Virus record (IMG/VR): IMGVR_UViG_3300017917_001008
Coordinates: 11,211 to 75,210 of that record
Reading direction: 5' to 3' (one strand)
Origin: a virus
Length of the DNA: 64,000 bases
The notes beneath the pieces were generated by a model. The model did no database searches. It worked only from the letters and a program-made list of their open reading frames with translations, and had not been told where the DNA came from. Shown here piece after piece: positions 34,901 through 42,650 of the stretch (within the stretch, counting starts at the first letter, position 1; the number at the start of each line of letters is the position of its first letter). A program made the position numbers and the translations under genes.

Positions 34901-36546
34901 GTTTAAAACAAAAGAAGCTGATTGAGCTTAACCCTATGGCCCAGGCTCTGAAGAAAGCGGTGGGCAGTCCGGATAGTGCCATCAAGGACATGACTAAGAT
35001 TAACAAGTGGCAGTATGTAAACACCGGTGTTAAATCCTACCTGTCTAAGAAAGGAGAGAACGTACGAGCTAAGGCTATTGCCAATCTATACGAGCGGGAG
35101 TTTGAAGGAAAGACCCAAGCAGGTTGGTTAGCCAATGCTGCTGGTGTACAGAAATTTGTACATGGATTATTAAAGCTTTCCAGCTTTGGATTATTCTCCT
35201 TTAACGTACTTCCTTCTGCCATTAAGAACAGGCAGTCAGCTATTATCCAGTTGCAGATTGAAGCCAGTGGTGGTAGATTCCTAAACTGGAACAGCTACCT
35301 GCGTGGTAAACCACGTGCTGTGTCTATGCTTGGTGCATACTCAGCTCAGCTGTATAAAACTGGTAACCGCTCTTTAGATGTGCAGCTCCTGCAGATCTTT
35401 GATCCTACCCAGGAGATATTAAACACTACGTTTGGAGACGGATCCGCCACCGATATGGGTGGTCAGTTTGGTAGATCTGTAGCCAGTGATGCTGCAAGTC
35501 TTGGATTCTTTATGGCACCACGTAAGTGGCTGGAAATTGAGTCTGCAATAGAACTCTTTAGTGGTATGATGCACCACGTTAAAGTGGAGCAGATCATCAA
35601 TGGAGAGAAGAATGAGATCCCTTATATAAACGCCTTTGAAATAGTTAACGGCCAGATAGAACTTAAAGCCGGTATTGATAAAGAGTGGGCACCTGGCGGT
35701 AAGAAGTTCAATGAGTTTAAGAACAGGGTACATGAACTGGGTAACCGTCTGAACGGTACCTATGCTAAGATGGACCAGCCTGAGGCTCAGCGTTATTTTG
35801 TATTCAGAATAGCTGCATTCTTAAAACGCTTCTTTACATCCATGTTGATGAACCGTGTAGGAGCAACCCGTCCTAGTGCAGCTCTGGGTACAGTGAGCAC
35901 CGGATACTACCGTTCTGTTTTACAGGTGGCCAGGGACTTCCTCAGATATGGTATCAAAAACTACCAGTGGTTAAGTGAAGAACAGAAGATCAACCTTCTA
36001 AAGTTTGCATCAGATATGGCTCACCAGATGGCGTTGTTATTCATCCTGAACGTAATGTTTGGATATGACGAGTCTGATGAAGACCGTTTTGAAAAGATGA
36101 GAAAACGCAGTGGAGCCTTGGGTGATGATGACTTCAACCTTTCCGGTTGGTTAACAAACCACGGACTGGTAGCTACACTGGGTACACTAACCGAGGTGGA
36201 AACTTTTGGATCCTGGAGTCCTGTAGTGGTGGGAGCGGATGGTGATCTGGATATGGCAATCCTGGGTCGTAACTGGAAGCAGTTGAAGAACACTTCTAAG
36301 ATGATCATGGATCCTAGAACACTGTACGGAACTACTATAGAGAAGCAACTTAACTTCTTAAACCACTTAAGCCAGTATTTGGATGAGGATCCAGCAGGAT
36401 TTTACAAGAGAGATGTTGGACCGTATTGGTTCCAGAAGGAGGAGTCTCCTAAGTTTATCAATGATGCGGCATCCATCTTAGGCTTTACCGGATCACAGAT
36501 AGATCCAGTAAAAGCCTTAAAAGGGATGGAGTTTGGTCGTAAGTAA
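28981..36546 (+). CDS. Giant ejection protein C with GHKL ATPase and two zincin motifs
   Basis: 2521 aa; ELLQNSFDA, DDGIGM and GGFGLA GHKL boxes; HEINH (30994) and HEFSH (31615). Confidence 0.75.
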   Translation: MLACPNKNTKDWQDLVDQLGEKEAFRAYLTIGDGTIPTAQQYVQYSRQASEEKGEIGVNKQQLLMLLGPTMYNKPLAQVAVKELLQNSFDAIKAMHNMRGKTVTTTPAVDKSALIREFNQVQSQIKAESAKVTFDSEGDVLTGDPFVVSKLVDRRAALQEQIANFDQNQKANATTKTGYEGPLGNIKFTINYDDRTISIQDDGIGMTPDIVKKAFLSIGGTNKEGLSTGERSGGFGLAKVQFLLGSEYVEVSTVRDGTRTSIKATNLELYNDDFTIRTEPTNEPNGTFVKVKIPETYTTPEGTVRTIDFPGSWSSDPIERFDILNQPLIGNLNVSADVVKNGRTTNKVLPIGKNISKELLPPLLSNVKFAWGEAEVYVGENKTESPRHRILSSGLYQFSKRIEIANWEPIPYDIVINIKPSVSSTAEQYPFNNQREDFKNTVSKDVDSLYAYLRKYARGEAEKDLVDVFQNIKSLPKTDPNKILTPEERAKLYEEVENTIAESKRLREQYGSQLNQPRQTTRLVISQGSVTDEETGAQVEVEKEKSYESTFKADKEIELGKSVDTSAFKENEPQFHNNTNVDYLSMPGAIEFFSDFGTVVYEMVRFAGRELGHRYSKLTGQEGKFFAGVSIDKTYGGVHVRKVIDAIFINPLSFDISSVEEAAGLMTHIIIHEINHTTESGEGANFTTALAKLYGKIYETGKYGYFEGLVRSVYRKHFDTFVKLKSEYDKSTTRNLAASFEGNELNRGSEGNLQGNASAVRAGEQTSGRDQRDQEDLSGSRQEDRTGDVIISQLNNPQTSVPTLPPVEAQRAEIGQNIVRAIADTLAANLGVSYTLVTPEEAAQLTANSRNPWKGEKAFFYNGQVYFLDGGFTTDSVLHEFSHPLVAAIAVQNPTLFKNLYEQLESTPEGKAVIAEVEALYPEFKPTDTKFREEALVRAMTAKAINQIKGQKPSTGFNDVINKMLFAIKQMFRKLFGSSIKIEKLSENTSLEQLAEMLRGEKFDISTEVVTQEDYAQYVRDISNFMSELDAVEYSGISTSVKRFYDVVTNHIRRIKDNKNYSEARKFLVDETGRGQLQELKSTLSNSEIDEKLSEIFDEVTLQAKTMQSFVHSTLRLQKLSDSILKHVRELAKQGDSKEVIGNIFYYDLLVRNWNKYINETIDRLSDAGLSPNTEFGRVIAGIQNTVAQTERMIDKIYADKVDDVIFDTLQPLAESIDNYFGDWIAGLEKKNASAQKIADVQKKWDEMKLTKQKIKDLISGKLGDTNMYSAFLEAYTNSPDPVVGGFAMFLKNAYNDVDAQAQRNMNDFVRDLEPLLIAAGYSRMDYAGLMEKLVTVEKVPFIDEKGNFATKEVFSFKDKFNDYNTEASQLRFEYDQAVSEGDQALADQKLRDLRKLRRDYFHQEYVPEYYEREKIYDSEMGREAYRRKQMLLNEIKELDAQSYDDDALDYIADQKKILWREYSQLASLTDLNGDPKTGRELELAKIEKEYRKASREFFEWVPIQGLFESNLRRFEQSLVDEGIDITSDEFKEKRNKWIKNNTVIAYTPEFYEERNQVLEDLRDLMSGLSEDVRKSIDSTEEMEAMLDIATGFRDQDGQVIGTDISEKSKNKVREYQKAILAKRDSMAGFSGLTRDEMDELTEIFQKMTAKIKITQAERDRVDELMEKKNSMGVDKFTKAEMQSLYAQLAELQSKEATDYYVDIVNNYLSKIGEPLIDNDTAINLLDPVMYVELFKKSPEFEKWFKENHIQKEVFDRASGDTKIVYERLFIWNRTRPNNPDHYEKIKLSDGEEILGKPNLSYFYRSVKKEYRTKREVGKTIDNRGNWLPKSLEDGAVDDKYYNQDYEKLRREDPAAFAVLEKMKEYHLKFQEGFARESKLYLQIPRYRKPSLESLKDGKFKNKWHEWTTRVKQFFAKAPDDVQDGLNFKPEQLIYTDMFDEEINKVPITGLYALDTDQVSMNIADNMLRYMHSGLKQKKLIELNPMAQALKKAVGSPDSAIKDMTKINKWQYVNTGVKSYLSKKGENVRAKAIANLYEREFEGKTQAGWLANAAGVQKFVHGLLKLSSFGLFSFNVLPSAIKNRQSAIIQLQIEASGGRFLNWNSYLRGKPRAVSMLGAYSAQLYKTGNRSLDVQLLQIFDPTQEILNTTFGDGSATDMGGQFGRSVASDAASLGFFMAPRKWLEIESAIELFSGMMHHVKVEQIINGEKNEIPYINAFEIVNGQIELKAGIDKEWAPGGKKFNEFKNRVHELGNRLNGTYAKMDQPEAQRYFVFRIAAFLKRFFTSMLMNRVGATRPSAALGTVSTGYYRSVLQVARDFLRYGIKNYQWLSEEQKINLLKFASDMAHQMALLFILNVMFGYDESDEDRFEKMRKRSGALGDDDFNLSGWLTNHGLVATLGTLTEVETFGSWSPVVVGADGDLDMAILGRNWKQLKNTSKMIMDPRTLYGTTIEKQLNFLNHLSQYLDEDPAGFYKRDVGPYWFQKEESPKFINDAASILGFTGSQIDPVKALKGMEFGRK
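31137..31146 (+). promoter_or_regulatory. Bacteroidota sigma70-type -7 element inside a giant gene
   Basis: TACCTTTGTA matches TAnnTTTG; 18 nt A-rich leader to ATG 31163. Confidence 0.6.
31163..31351 (+). CDS. Overprinted 62-aa helical protein nested in the giant C gene
   Basis: Own promoter-like element, genome-typical codons in this frame, amphipathic helix pattern; host frame here is a low-complexity linker. Confidence 0.6.
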   Translation: MTSPLQEILQLRLKETNSIEAVKGTFKGMLQLYEQENRPLAEINEIRKILADLDKKTAQETL

Positions 36547-36548
36547 TA

Positions 36549-36722
36549 TTACTTTTTAGGTAGAGTGAACCAGGTGAAATCTAGTGTGATGAATATCAAA
36601 CCTAGACGTAGCCTGGTAAAATCTATCCAGGTCTCTGGTTTAATTTCCATTTCTCCTTGGTCTAATATTACCCCAGCTACTACTTCTGAGCCACTTATCA
36701 ATACTATCTTAAATTGGAACAT
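36549..36722 (-). CDS. Hypothetical protein
   Basis: ATG at 36722 just after upstream stop; 57 aa. Confidence 0.5.
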   Translation of the reverse strand: MFQFKIVLISGSEVVAGVILDQGEMEIKPETWIDFTRLRLGLIFITLDFTWFTLPKK

Positions 36723-36724
36723 GG

Positions 36725-37159
36725 TTATTTCTTTTCTACGGTGAAGGGATGTTTCATCATAAAGCAGTCTTCTGGCCAACCCATGTGCCGCTTAAATCCA
36801 TTGATAAAACTTTGTATATTACTAGCCCCAACAGGGTTGTGACTATGTACACTGCAAGCATTGAGCTTGAGGTTATTCTGCTCTATGTACTTGGCTAACC
36901 ACTGGGCACAATGCAGGCCCGTTTTCTCTACATAGTTTTCGTACTCCGGAATCTGGTGACCCTTCTCTAACATCTGGTCAAAGTAGTCATCCATGTGTTC
37001 CTTGGCCAGGTCATGGTCAAAGGAGATGAGATCAGGTATACCCTCGTTTAGAATATACTGTACAAACTCATCAAAGTTTCTCACTACGTCCCATTCCTGA
37101 TACCCAGGAATCGTAGCAGTGGGTGTACGAACATCATCCAAATAGAGTGCTTTTTTCAT
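36725..37159 (-). CDS. Cyclic-phosphate-processing receiver-like domain protein
   Basis: LYLDDVRTP, ISFDHDL, TG..CA.W and VHSHNPVG motifs. Confidence 0.7.
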   Translation of the reverse strand: MKKALYLDDVRTPTATIPGYQEWDVVRNFDEFVQYILNEGIPDLISFDHDLAKEHMDDYFDQMLEKGHQIPEYENYVEKTGLHCAQWLAKYIEQNNLKLNACSVHSHNPVGASNIQSFINGFKRHMGWPEDCFMMKHPFTVEKK

Positions 37160-37542
37160 ATGGGTAATGGAGTTTCTAATAATTCTATACGTCTTTTAAG
37201 TTCCTCGTTTTGTATCTGCAGGTTCCGAATTTGTATCATACACTGTTCAGATACATTAGACAGGCATTTTAATGCGGTGACTATTTCTGGAAAATAAGTG
37301 TTTGATCCCTGGCTTACTAATACCTCATTATCTATAAGAACATCAACTTTGATGTTAATACCTGCTGGTAAATATCCGCTGTGGATACCAAGCTTTTGAG
37401 TCAGGTTATAATCATATTCATGGTTTATTCCAGCGTCTATACCAATTTTTAGATTATCAGCTAACCAAGCTTTCATTTCATCATGAAGGAAGAACCTGGG
37501 TTTCTCCCCCGGCTTGTGGTCCTTCAGTATTTGGTCTATCAT
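37156..37542 (-). CDS. Hypothetical protein with C-terminal coiled coil
   Basis: 128 aa, operon packing. Confidence 0.5.
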   Translation of the reverse strand: MIDQILKDHKPGEKPRFFLHDEMKAWLADNLKIGIDAGINHEYDYNLTQKLGIHSGYLPAGINIKVDVLIDNEVLVSQGSNTYFPEIVTALKCLSNVSEQCMIQIRNLQIQNEELKRRIELLETPLPI

Positions 37543-37696
37543 TTTCTAGGATTGTGGTTCCTTTAACAGGAGGTTTCAGATAGGGACAATGGAGACAACC
37601 GTTTCCACAGCAGTAACCACGTTTAATGTGATAGGCTGCCGTGAAAACTATGCGTCCATTATCTGTATAGTAGTCCTCTTCACTAAGCTTTTTCAT
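37481..37696 (-). CDS. DUF5522-like Cys-rich protein
   Basis: DYY...G..VFT..YH..RGYCCGNGCLHCPY; ATG at 37696. Confidence 0.7.
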   Translation of the reverse strand: MKKLSEEDYYTDNGRIVFTAAYHIKRGYCCGNGCLHCPYLKPPVKGTTILENDRPNTEGPQAGGETQVLPS

Positions 37697-38345
37697 ATCC
37701 AAATGCCAATAGAGAATGTTCAAACGGATTACCCGGAATATTCTGTACCTGCTCCAGCATCTGCTGAGCAATGTGACGGATCTCTACTTGTGCATGTTCA
37801 TCATTACGGAGCTTCTGAAAATGCATAAAGCTTCTGAAGTTGAACTGTACATCAGCTGTAATCTGAGAGTTATATGTCTTAAAGAACCTGGCGGATTCTT
37901 TAGCTCGTTTACGTCCCAGGATTGGGGTAAGCTCTTCTAGACATTTATGGTAAGCTGCATCAGCTGCTTGAGTATGATACTCCAGCTGATTAACCCACTT
38001 TTCCAAAACTTTATCGGGTCCTTGTGTTTCATGACCCATACTCCAGTCTACTGGGATATAGAACTTATCTTCTTTAAGCTCTTTATACCTGGCTGATTCT
38101 GCGTTTACTGATACACCTACACGGTGTTTGATCAGATGTATATGAGATGCTATATCTGTTGTGACTAAGAAATGCAGGGTGCTTTTCTCAAACGGAGTGT
38201 GGTGACCTTCAAACGCCAGCATCTTTAACAGAGCTGGTACACGGTCTTTTTTCTGATCATAGTCTCTACTGGTACTGGTCCACGCAGACATGGCGTGCTC
38301 CTTATCTCCTCCGTACCAGCCTAATAATTCTACAGTATTATTCAT
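37683..38345 (-). CDS. thyX: FAD-dependent thymidylate synthase
   Basis: GHHTPFE, HLIKHR...NAESARY and HAQVEIR motifs. Confidence 0.9.
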   Translation of the reverse strand: MNNTVELLGWYGGDKEHAMSAWTSTSRDYDQKKDRVPALLKMLAFEGHHTPFEKSTLHFLVTTDIASHIHLIKHRVGVSVNAESARYKELKEDKFYIPVDWSMGHETQGPDKVLEKWVNQLEYHTQAADAAYHKCLEELTPILGRKRAKESARFFKTYNSQITADVQFNFRSFMHFQKLRNDEHAQVEIRHIAQQMLEQVQNIPGNPFEHSLLAFGYEKA

Positions 38346-38730
38346 TGTTGGTTTCTTTTAGTAAGCGTTCACACTCAGCTTTCCACATATTGTGGTCTAC
38401 CATGATGATAGGTACGTTACATTCATTCACGCTAGCAAATGTTTTCTCTTCATAGTTATCATCCAGGTGCCAAACAAACTCAGTTCCTTTCAGATAGGTA
38501 TGCTTCCACTGCATGCAGGTAAATCTTACTTTCCAGCGTGGAATACCTAAGTCGTCTATCACTTCCCATAGATCATCTATAGTGGGATTAAGACCATATT
38601 TGTGTTTATGGTTTTCATCCCAACGGGTTGTAGTAACCCAGATATCATGTCCTTGAGCCATTAGCTCACGTGCAAAGTCTTGCACCGGTTTTTCTGACAG
38701 CGTACCGTCAAAGTCAAAGGATACTTTCAT
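38338..38730 (-). CDS. HAD-superfamily hydrolase
   Basis: SFDFDGTL motif I, VTTTR motif II, HLDD motif IV. Confidence 0.75.
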   Translation of the reverse strand: MKVSFDFDGTLSEKPVQDFARELMAQGHDIWVTTTRWDENHKHKYGLNPTIDDLWEVIDDLGIPRWKVRFTCMQWKHTYLKGTEFVWHLDDNYEEKTFASVNECNVPIIMVDHNMWKAECERLLKETNNE

Positions 38731-38731
38731 A

Positions 38732-38830
38732 TTAATTAAATAGGGTTTTGAGGATCCAGGACCACAAGTAATAACTTGTTATCATTACAGCTGACCATGT
38801 AATGATGAAGGCCCAGTTAAGTTTTTTCAT
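38732..38830 (-). CDS. Small single-TM protein (32 aa, not in ORF track)
   Basis: MKKLNWAFIITWSAVMITSYYLWSWILKTLFN exactly fills the intergenic gap. Confidence 0.55.
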   Translation of the reverse strand: MKKLNWAFIITWSAVMITSYYLWSWILKTLFN

Positions 38831-39101
38831 CTAATAGGATTTTTCTGTTACAGTAGTCTATCTTCTCCTGGTCACCTTCTTTAATAGCAGATAACCGGGG
38901 TGCTATCTCTTTTTTCAGTATTTCTGAAAACACTCTGCCTCGTTTAGCACAGGCATGTTGTATAACACTTGCTGAAACACCAAGCTTAGCAGCAGCTTTC
39001 TTGTAGCTGTCAAATACAGCAATCAGCTGCTGCTTAGTCGGGTCGTAAATCTTAACACAGGTATTGTCTCCAATTTGGTTTACACTAACTATTTTCAACA
39101 T
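38817..39101 (-). CDS. Stand-alone NUMOD1-like HTH protein
   Basis: VKIYD...LIAVFDSYKKAAAKLGVS..VIQHAC pattern. Confidence 0.55.
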   Translation of the reverse strand: MLKIVSVNQIGDNTCVKIYDPTKQQLIAVFDSYKKAAAKLGVSASVIQHACAKRGRVFSEILKKEIAPRLSAIKEGDQEKIDYCNRKILLDEKT

Positions 39102-39151
39102 ACGGATAGGGTAGGAATGTAAAATTAGAGAACTTCTGTAAGTTCTACAAA

Positions 39152-39373
39152 TTAATCTATAGTCACATTACTTTCACTTGCCAGCTGGTATAGTTTATCA
39201 CGTGCTTCTTGTAGAGCATCATGAGCTTCTTGGGTAAGCTTTTCATTATACTTCAGCTGTGCACGCAGGTGCTGGTCTATATTCCAGAGTACATGTTTGT
39301 AGTCAGATCCATGTACTGCCATTTCAAAATCCACCTGGTCTTCAGGCAGGTTAAACTCAAGAATTGCTTTCAT
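39152..39373 (-). CDS. Conserved phage hypothetical protein
   Basis: MKAILEFNLPED start, 73 aa. Confidence 0.6.
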   Translation of the reverse strand: MKAILEFNLPEDQVDFEMAVHGSDYKHVLWNIDQHLRAQLKYNEKLTQEAHDALQEARDKLYQLASESNVTID

Positions 39374-39602
39374 AGTAGTACTGTCTTATTTTGGCACCCA
39401 GTTCCATGTCATTGGGTGTGTCCTCAATCATGTACACCGGAACCATAATACACTCTACAGGAGAGTTCTTAAACTTTTTTTCCAGGCCGTAACAGTTTTT
39501 ACAGAGCTGTCCGGCTCCTTCCACATAACCAACACGTTGGTCAACATGGGTGGTTTCATCGTACGGAGTTTCAGATCCGCACATAATACAACGGTCTTTC
39601 AT
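39357..39602 (-). CDS. Zinc-ribbon protein
   Basis: CIMC...YVEGAGQLCKNC. Confidence 0.6.
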   Translation of the reverse strand: MKDRCIMCGSETPYDETTHVDQRVGYVEGAGQLCKNCYGLEKKFKNSPVECIMVPVYMIEDTPNDMELGAKIRQYYYESNS

Positions 39603-39603
39603 G

Positions 39604-39828
39604 TCATTCGGATTCTGTAGTTAAATTAAACTGGTCACCAATAACTCGGATGGTTTTACCAAGCATTTTAGCCAGGTTCTTTACAGCTTCTGGATCAAGT
39701 GAGTTAAGCCACTCATCCTGCTTTTCTTCAGGACAGTCTTCAAAACAGGTGGGTTGTCTGCTTTCTTCATCTTCAAACTTGTGGAAGATGTAAATACCAC
39801 TAAGGCTTCTTCTGTTTACTTTTTCCAT
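39604..39828 (-). CDS. Hypothetical protein
   Basis: 74 aa, operon packing. Confidence 0.5.
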   Translation of the reverse strand: MEKVNRRSLSGIYIFHKFEDEESRQPTCFEDCPEEKQDEWLNSLDPEAVKNLAKMLGKTIRVIGDQFNLTTESE

Positions 39829-40000
39829 TTTGCTTATCTAAGATTTTTGGTTTAGGTAAGTTCCAGTGATACTCACATTTACCGTCTTCTACAGGAGGAG
39901 TTGAGAAGTATGTCTGGTATTCTGAAGGAGTGGCCCAGTACCTGTAACAGTTTTCTGCCAGTGGACAGCCAGTCCCTTTGCACATAGTAATATCTGGCAT
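39800..40000 (-). CDS. Small Cys-rich phage protein
   Basis: DITMC..TGCP...CYRY...C. Confidence 0.55.
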   Translation of the reverse strand: MPDITMCKGTGCPLAENCYRYWATPSEYQTYFSTPPVEDGKCEYHWNLPKPKILDKQNGKSKQKKP

Positions 40001-40002
40001 AG

Positions 40003-40695
40003 TTAGATAGTTAATATGTTACCATATGATGTCAGCCCTTTGTCAAACCGTCCGTCCCATACGCAGGCTGCGTTAGAGAATACAGTGGGCGTCAGGCTGT
40101 AGTGAGATACACCTTGGTTAGTATCTACACCATCCATATTGTGGATGTGACCAAAGCATACCAGCTTCAGCTGATCTCTCATTTTCCAGCAGCGTTTCAT
40201 AAGAGCACTGCAGCCACACATCTCAAGCTTACCGTCACGGTCAAAGCTTAGATCACGTACGCCTTTGGGTGGCCCGTGTACAATCAGTACATCAGTGTCC
40301 TCTGGTATAGTATCCCATACACGGTTAATCTTCTCTCTGGCTTTCATAAATGCCCAGTTACCAAATCGTGGCGTGTGAGGTGATCCCCAAAACTTAACAC
40401 CGTCTATAATGGTAGCTGTATTCTCCAGATATATAATGCCGGCTGCTGCAAAATCACCAGGGGTAACATTACGGAGCTCAATTGAAGTGTCATGGTTACC
40501 TGCTACATAGATTTTGTGCTTTACAGGTACATCCTTGTACCAGTCTATAAACGCTCTCACTTCAGGTTCATTCCACATAGTGCTGTAGTAGTTAGAACAG
40601 TCCCCACTGTGCACCACTACATCTATATCTTTGAACCTTTCCATAGGAAAGTCTTTATGGAATCCATGAGTGTCGGAAATATGCAAGAGTTTCAT
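40003..40695 (-). CDS. Calcineurin-like metallophosphoesterase
   Basis: ISDTH, HSGD, GNHD, HGPP and GHIH motifs. Confidence 0.9.
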   Translation of the reverse strand: MKLLHISDTHGFHKDFPMERFKDIDVVVHSGDCSNYYSTMWNEPEVRAFIDWYKDVPVKHKIYVAGNHDTSIELRNVTPGDFAAAGIIYLENTATIIDGVKFWGSPHTPRFGNWAFMKAREKINRVWDTIPEDTDVLIVHGPPKGVRDLSFDRDGKLEMCGCSALMKRCWKMRDQLKLVCFGHIHNMDGVDTNQGVSHYSLTPTVFSNAACVWDGRFDKGLTSYGNILTI

Positions 40696-40853
40696 TTGTC
40701 TTCTAGCTTGTTTATGTTCTGAACTACAGCATCACACAGACTTGTCATCAGATTTTCATAGTCTGTTTGGTCCATGGTTTGTTCAAGACCATACCCTTCA
40801 ACTATAGATAGCAGGTCTTCTTGGATTTGTTCACGTACTTCTTGAATTGTCAT
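40692..40853 (-). CDS. Hypothetical protein
   Basis: ATG at 40853, 53 aa. Confidence 0.45.
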   Translation of the reverse strand: MTIQEVREQIQEDLLSIVEGYGLEQTMDQTDYENLMTSLCDAVVQNINKLEDK

Positions 40854-40857
40854 AGTA

Positions 40858-41715
40858 TTAAAATATGTACCGGATACCACTCGGATTAAAGTATTCTGCA
40901 TACAGGTTGGTAAAGTCCTGTATCATTTGTTTCTTAAGCTGCCACTTGTAACGGATGTTATCTGCAGCATACTGGGAGTCTTTCTTCTCCTGGATGTCTG
41001 GACGCCATAACAGATGCCGCACCGGTTGCTCATTACGCTCATGCTGCAGTTGATTATGGGTTAAGAAGATGCATTCTGACCGGGTCTCTATACCGTGAGA
41101 TTTAATCTCATGAAACAGTTTTCGGTATTCATCCAGCCAACCTGCTGTATAAATGATAGGAGAGAAGTTAATATGAACCTCCATCTGTTCCTGCAGACGA
41201 GGGATCTGCTCAATACGTGTACGTATCAGATCTGTGTTTGGTTCCAATACATCAGAGTATTTCTGAGGCATCAGGCTGACACGGATCCGGTGCTTATCTG
41301 GTACCAGGCAGTAGCGTTCTGGATAGAACATGCTTGGATACTTAGTGGCAAACGTACTCTTGGCCATAGAATCTTTGTATGAGAAATAGTCAAAGACCTC
41401 TTGCCAGTTGTAGTGTTTAGTCATTAATGGAACGTCTGTACTACACCCAATATCTATTACGTAGTACTTCTCATCACACTGGTTAGGTGTTTTAGGCCAG
41501 GGTTGCCTGCCTACCCACTCATTGATAGAGTGGAGGATCTCCGTAGTATTTAGATTTATATACACCTTGTCATGGTTGTACCTGCCTACATAGCAGTAGG
41601 ATTTCATACAGCCACCAAGGCACCCGTAGATGAAGTTGGGACTCACTGCGTCCGAACTTCTTCCATTTTCCCGGGTAATAAGTGTTTTAGTATTCTGAGG
41701 AATCATCTTCTTCAT
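40858..41715 (-). CDS. Spore photoproduct lyase-like radical SAM protein
   Basis: Cys cluster GCLGGCMKSYCY, DIGCSTD, FATK, RVSLMP....LEP and HINFSP motifs. Confidence 0.75.
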   Translation of the reverse strand: MKKMIPQNTKTLITRENGRSSDAVSPNFIYGCLGGCMKSYCYVGRYNHDKVYINLNTTEILHSINEWVGRQPWPKTPNQCDEKYYVIDIGCSTDVPLMTKHYNWQEVFDYFSYKDSMAKSTFATKYPSMFYPERYCLVPDKHRIRVSLMPQKYSDVLEPNTDLIRTRIEQIPRLQEQMEVHINFSPIIYTAGWLDEYRKLFHEIKSHGIETRSECIFLTHNQLQHERNEQPVRHLLWRPDIQEKKDSQYAADNIRYKWQLKKQMIQDFTNLYAEYFNPSGIRYIF

Positions 41716-42550
41716 TATCTAATATGTTGGCTTGTAAAAGAACTTCTTTGACCATGCCGGCTAAGTCTTCTATACTACCATCATTGGTGATTACATAGTC
41801 AAAATCATAATGATCCAGACCCACCTCACTTGGATGATCGTTGGTTGGCTTAACACCCGGTCTGTTAACACGGATGATAATACCACCTGCTTTCTTAATA
41901 GCTTCTGCTTCATTCTCAAAGCGGGTGTCTGTAATGATCCAGTCTGGATATACAGGATGACCTGGTAACTGACGTAGATCAAGGTATGATCCGTCTGATA
42001 GTACATATGACTGGTCTGTAATAGGTACATACTCACTCATGAGGGCATTCACCCATACGTTAGTGTGTAGTCCTGTGCGGAGACCTTCCGTACCAAGCTT
42101 TTGTAAGAAGTCTCGTACACTTGTTTGTTGCATATCAACTACATATTCCATTCTGAATACACCATACGCATTAATTAAATGTGGTATATCAGCTTCAGCT
42201 TCTTCTTTGGAACTATACCTTCCTTTTTTAAACATAAGTTTACCATTACTGATAACTGATATAGTCCAGAAATCCCATTCAGGACCTAGATTAGTCTTCT
42301 TGAACTCCTGGTCTTCAAATTTTTCCATTGGAATACCGGTGAGCATAGACGCCACCTCTTTTAATTTACCTGCCCACTTCTTGATTTCCCAGTCAGTGGT
42401 ATCCACAAGCCAGTCTTTATAGCTTGGGTAGTCTTCAATGACATCCTGTAAAGTGACATGTTCTGTCTCTGGTGCGTGTAAGAACTGTATGATCTTACCT
42501 ACCAAGTCTTTCCCGGAGCCTGCATAACCTGATATTGCTATTAATGCCAT
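41687..42550 (-). CDS. Deoxynucleoside monophosphate kinase
   Basis: ISGYAGSGKD P-loop, R..LQ.LGTE, ITDTRFENE, HPSE. Confidence 0.85.
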   Translation of the reverse strand: MALIAISGYAGSGKDLVGKIIQFLHAPETEHVTLQDVIEDYPSYKDWLVDTTDWEIKKWAGKLKEVASMLTGIPMEKFEDQEFKKTNLGPEWDFWTISVISNGKLMFKKGRYSSKEEAEADIPHLINAYGVFRMEYVVDMQQTSVRDFLQKLGTEGLRTGLHTNVWVNALMSEYVPITDQSYVLSDGSYLDLRQLPGHPVYPDWIITDTRFENEAEAIKKAGGIIIRVNRPGVKPTNDHPSEVGLDHYDFDYVITNDGSIEDLAGMVKEVLLQANILDNEEDDSSEY

Positions 42551-42551
42551 A

Positions 42552-42647
42552 TTATTTGAGTTTGGTTTTTACTCGGTTATTAGTTTTACCAGTGTAGCTT
42601 ACAGACTGCATACAGGAGCCTGCATAGCCGTTAATACCGATTATCAT
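42552..42647 (-). pseudogene. Relic second 5' end of dNMP kinase
   Basis: Encodes MIIGINGYAGS then diverges; 12-nt direct repeat with the intact gene. Confidence 0.6.
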
Positions 42648-42650
42648 AGT

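Noticed and set aside
5853-36308. Many antisense ORFs within the structural genes
   Set aside because: Ser/Leu/Phe-rich mirror translations expected from codon bias
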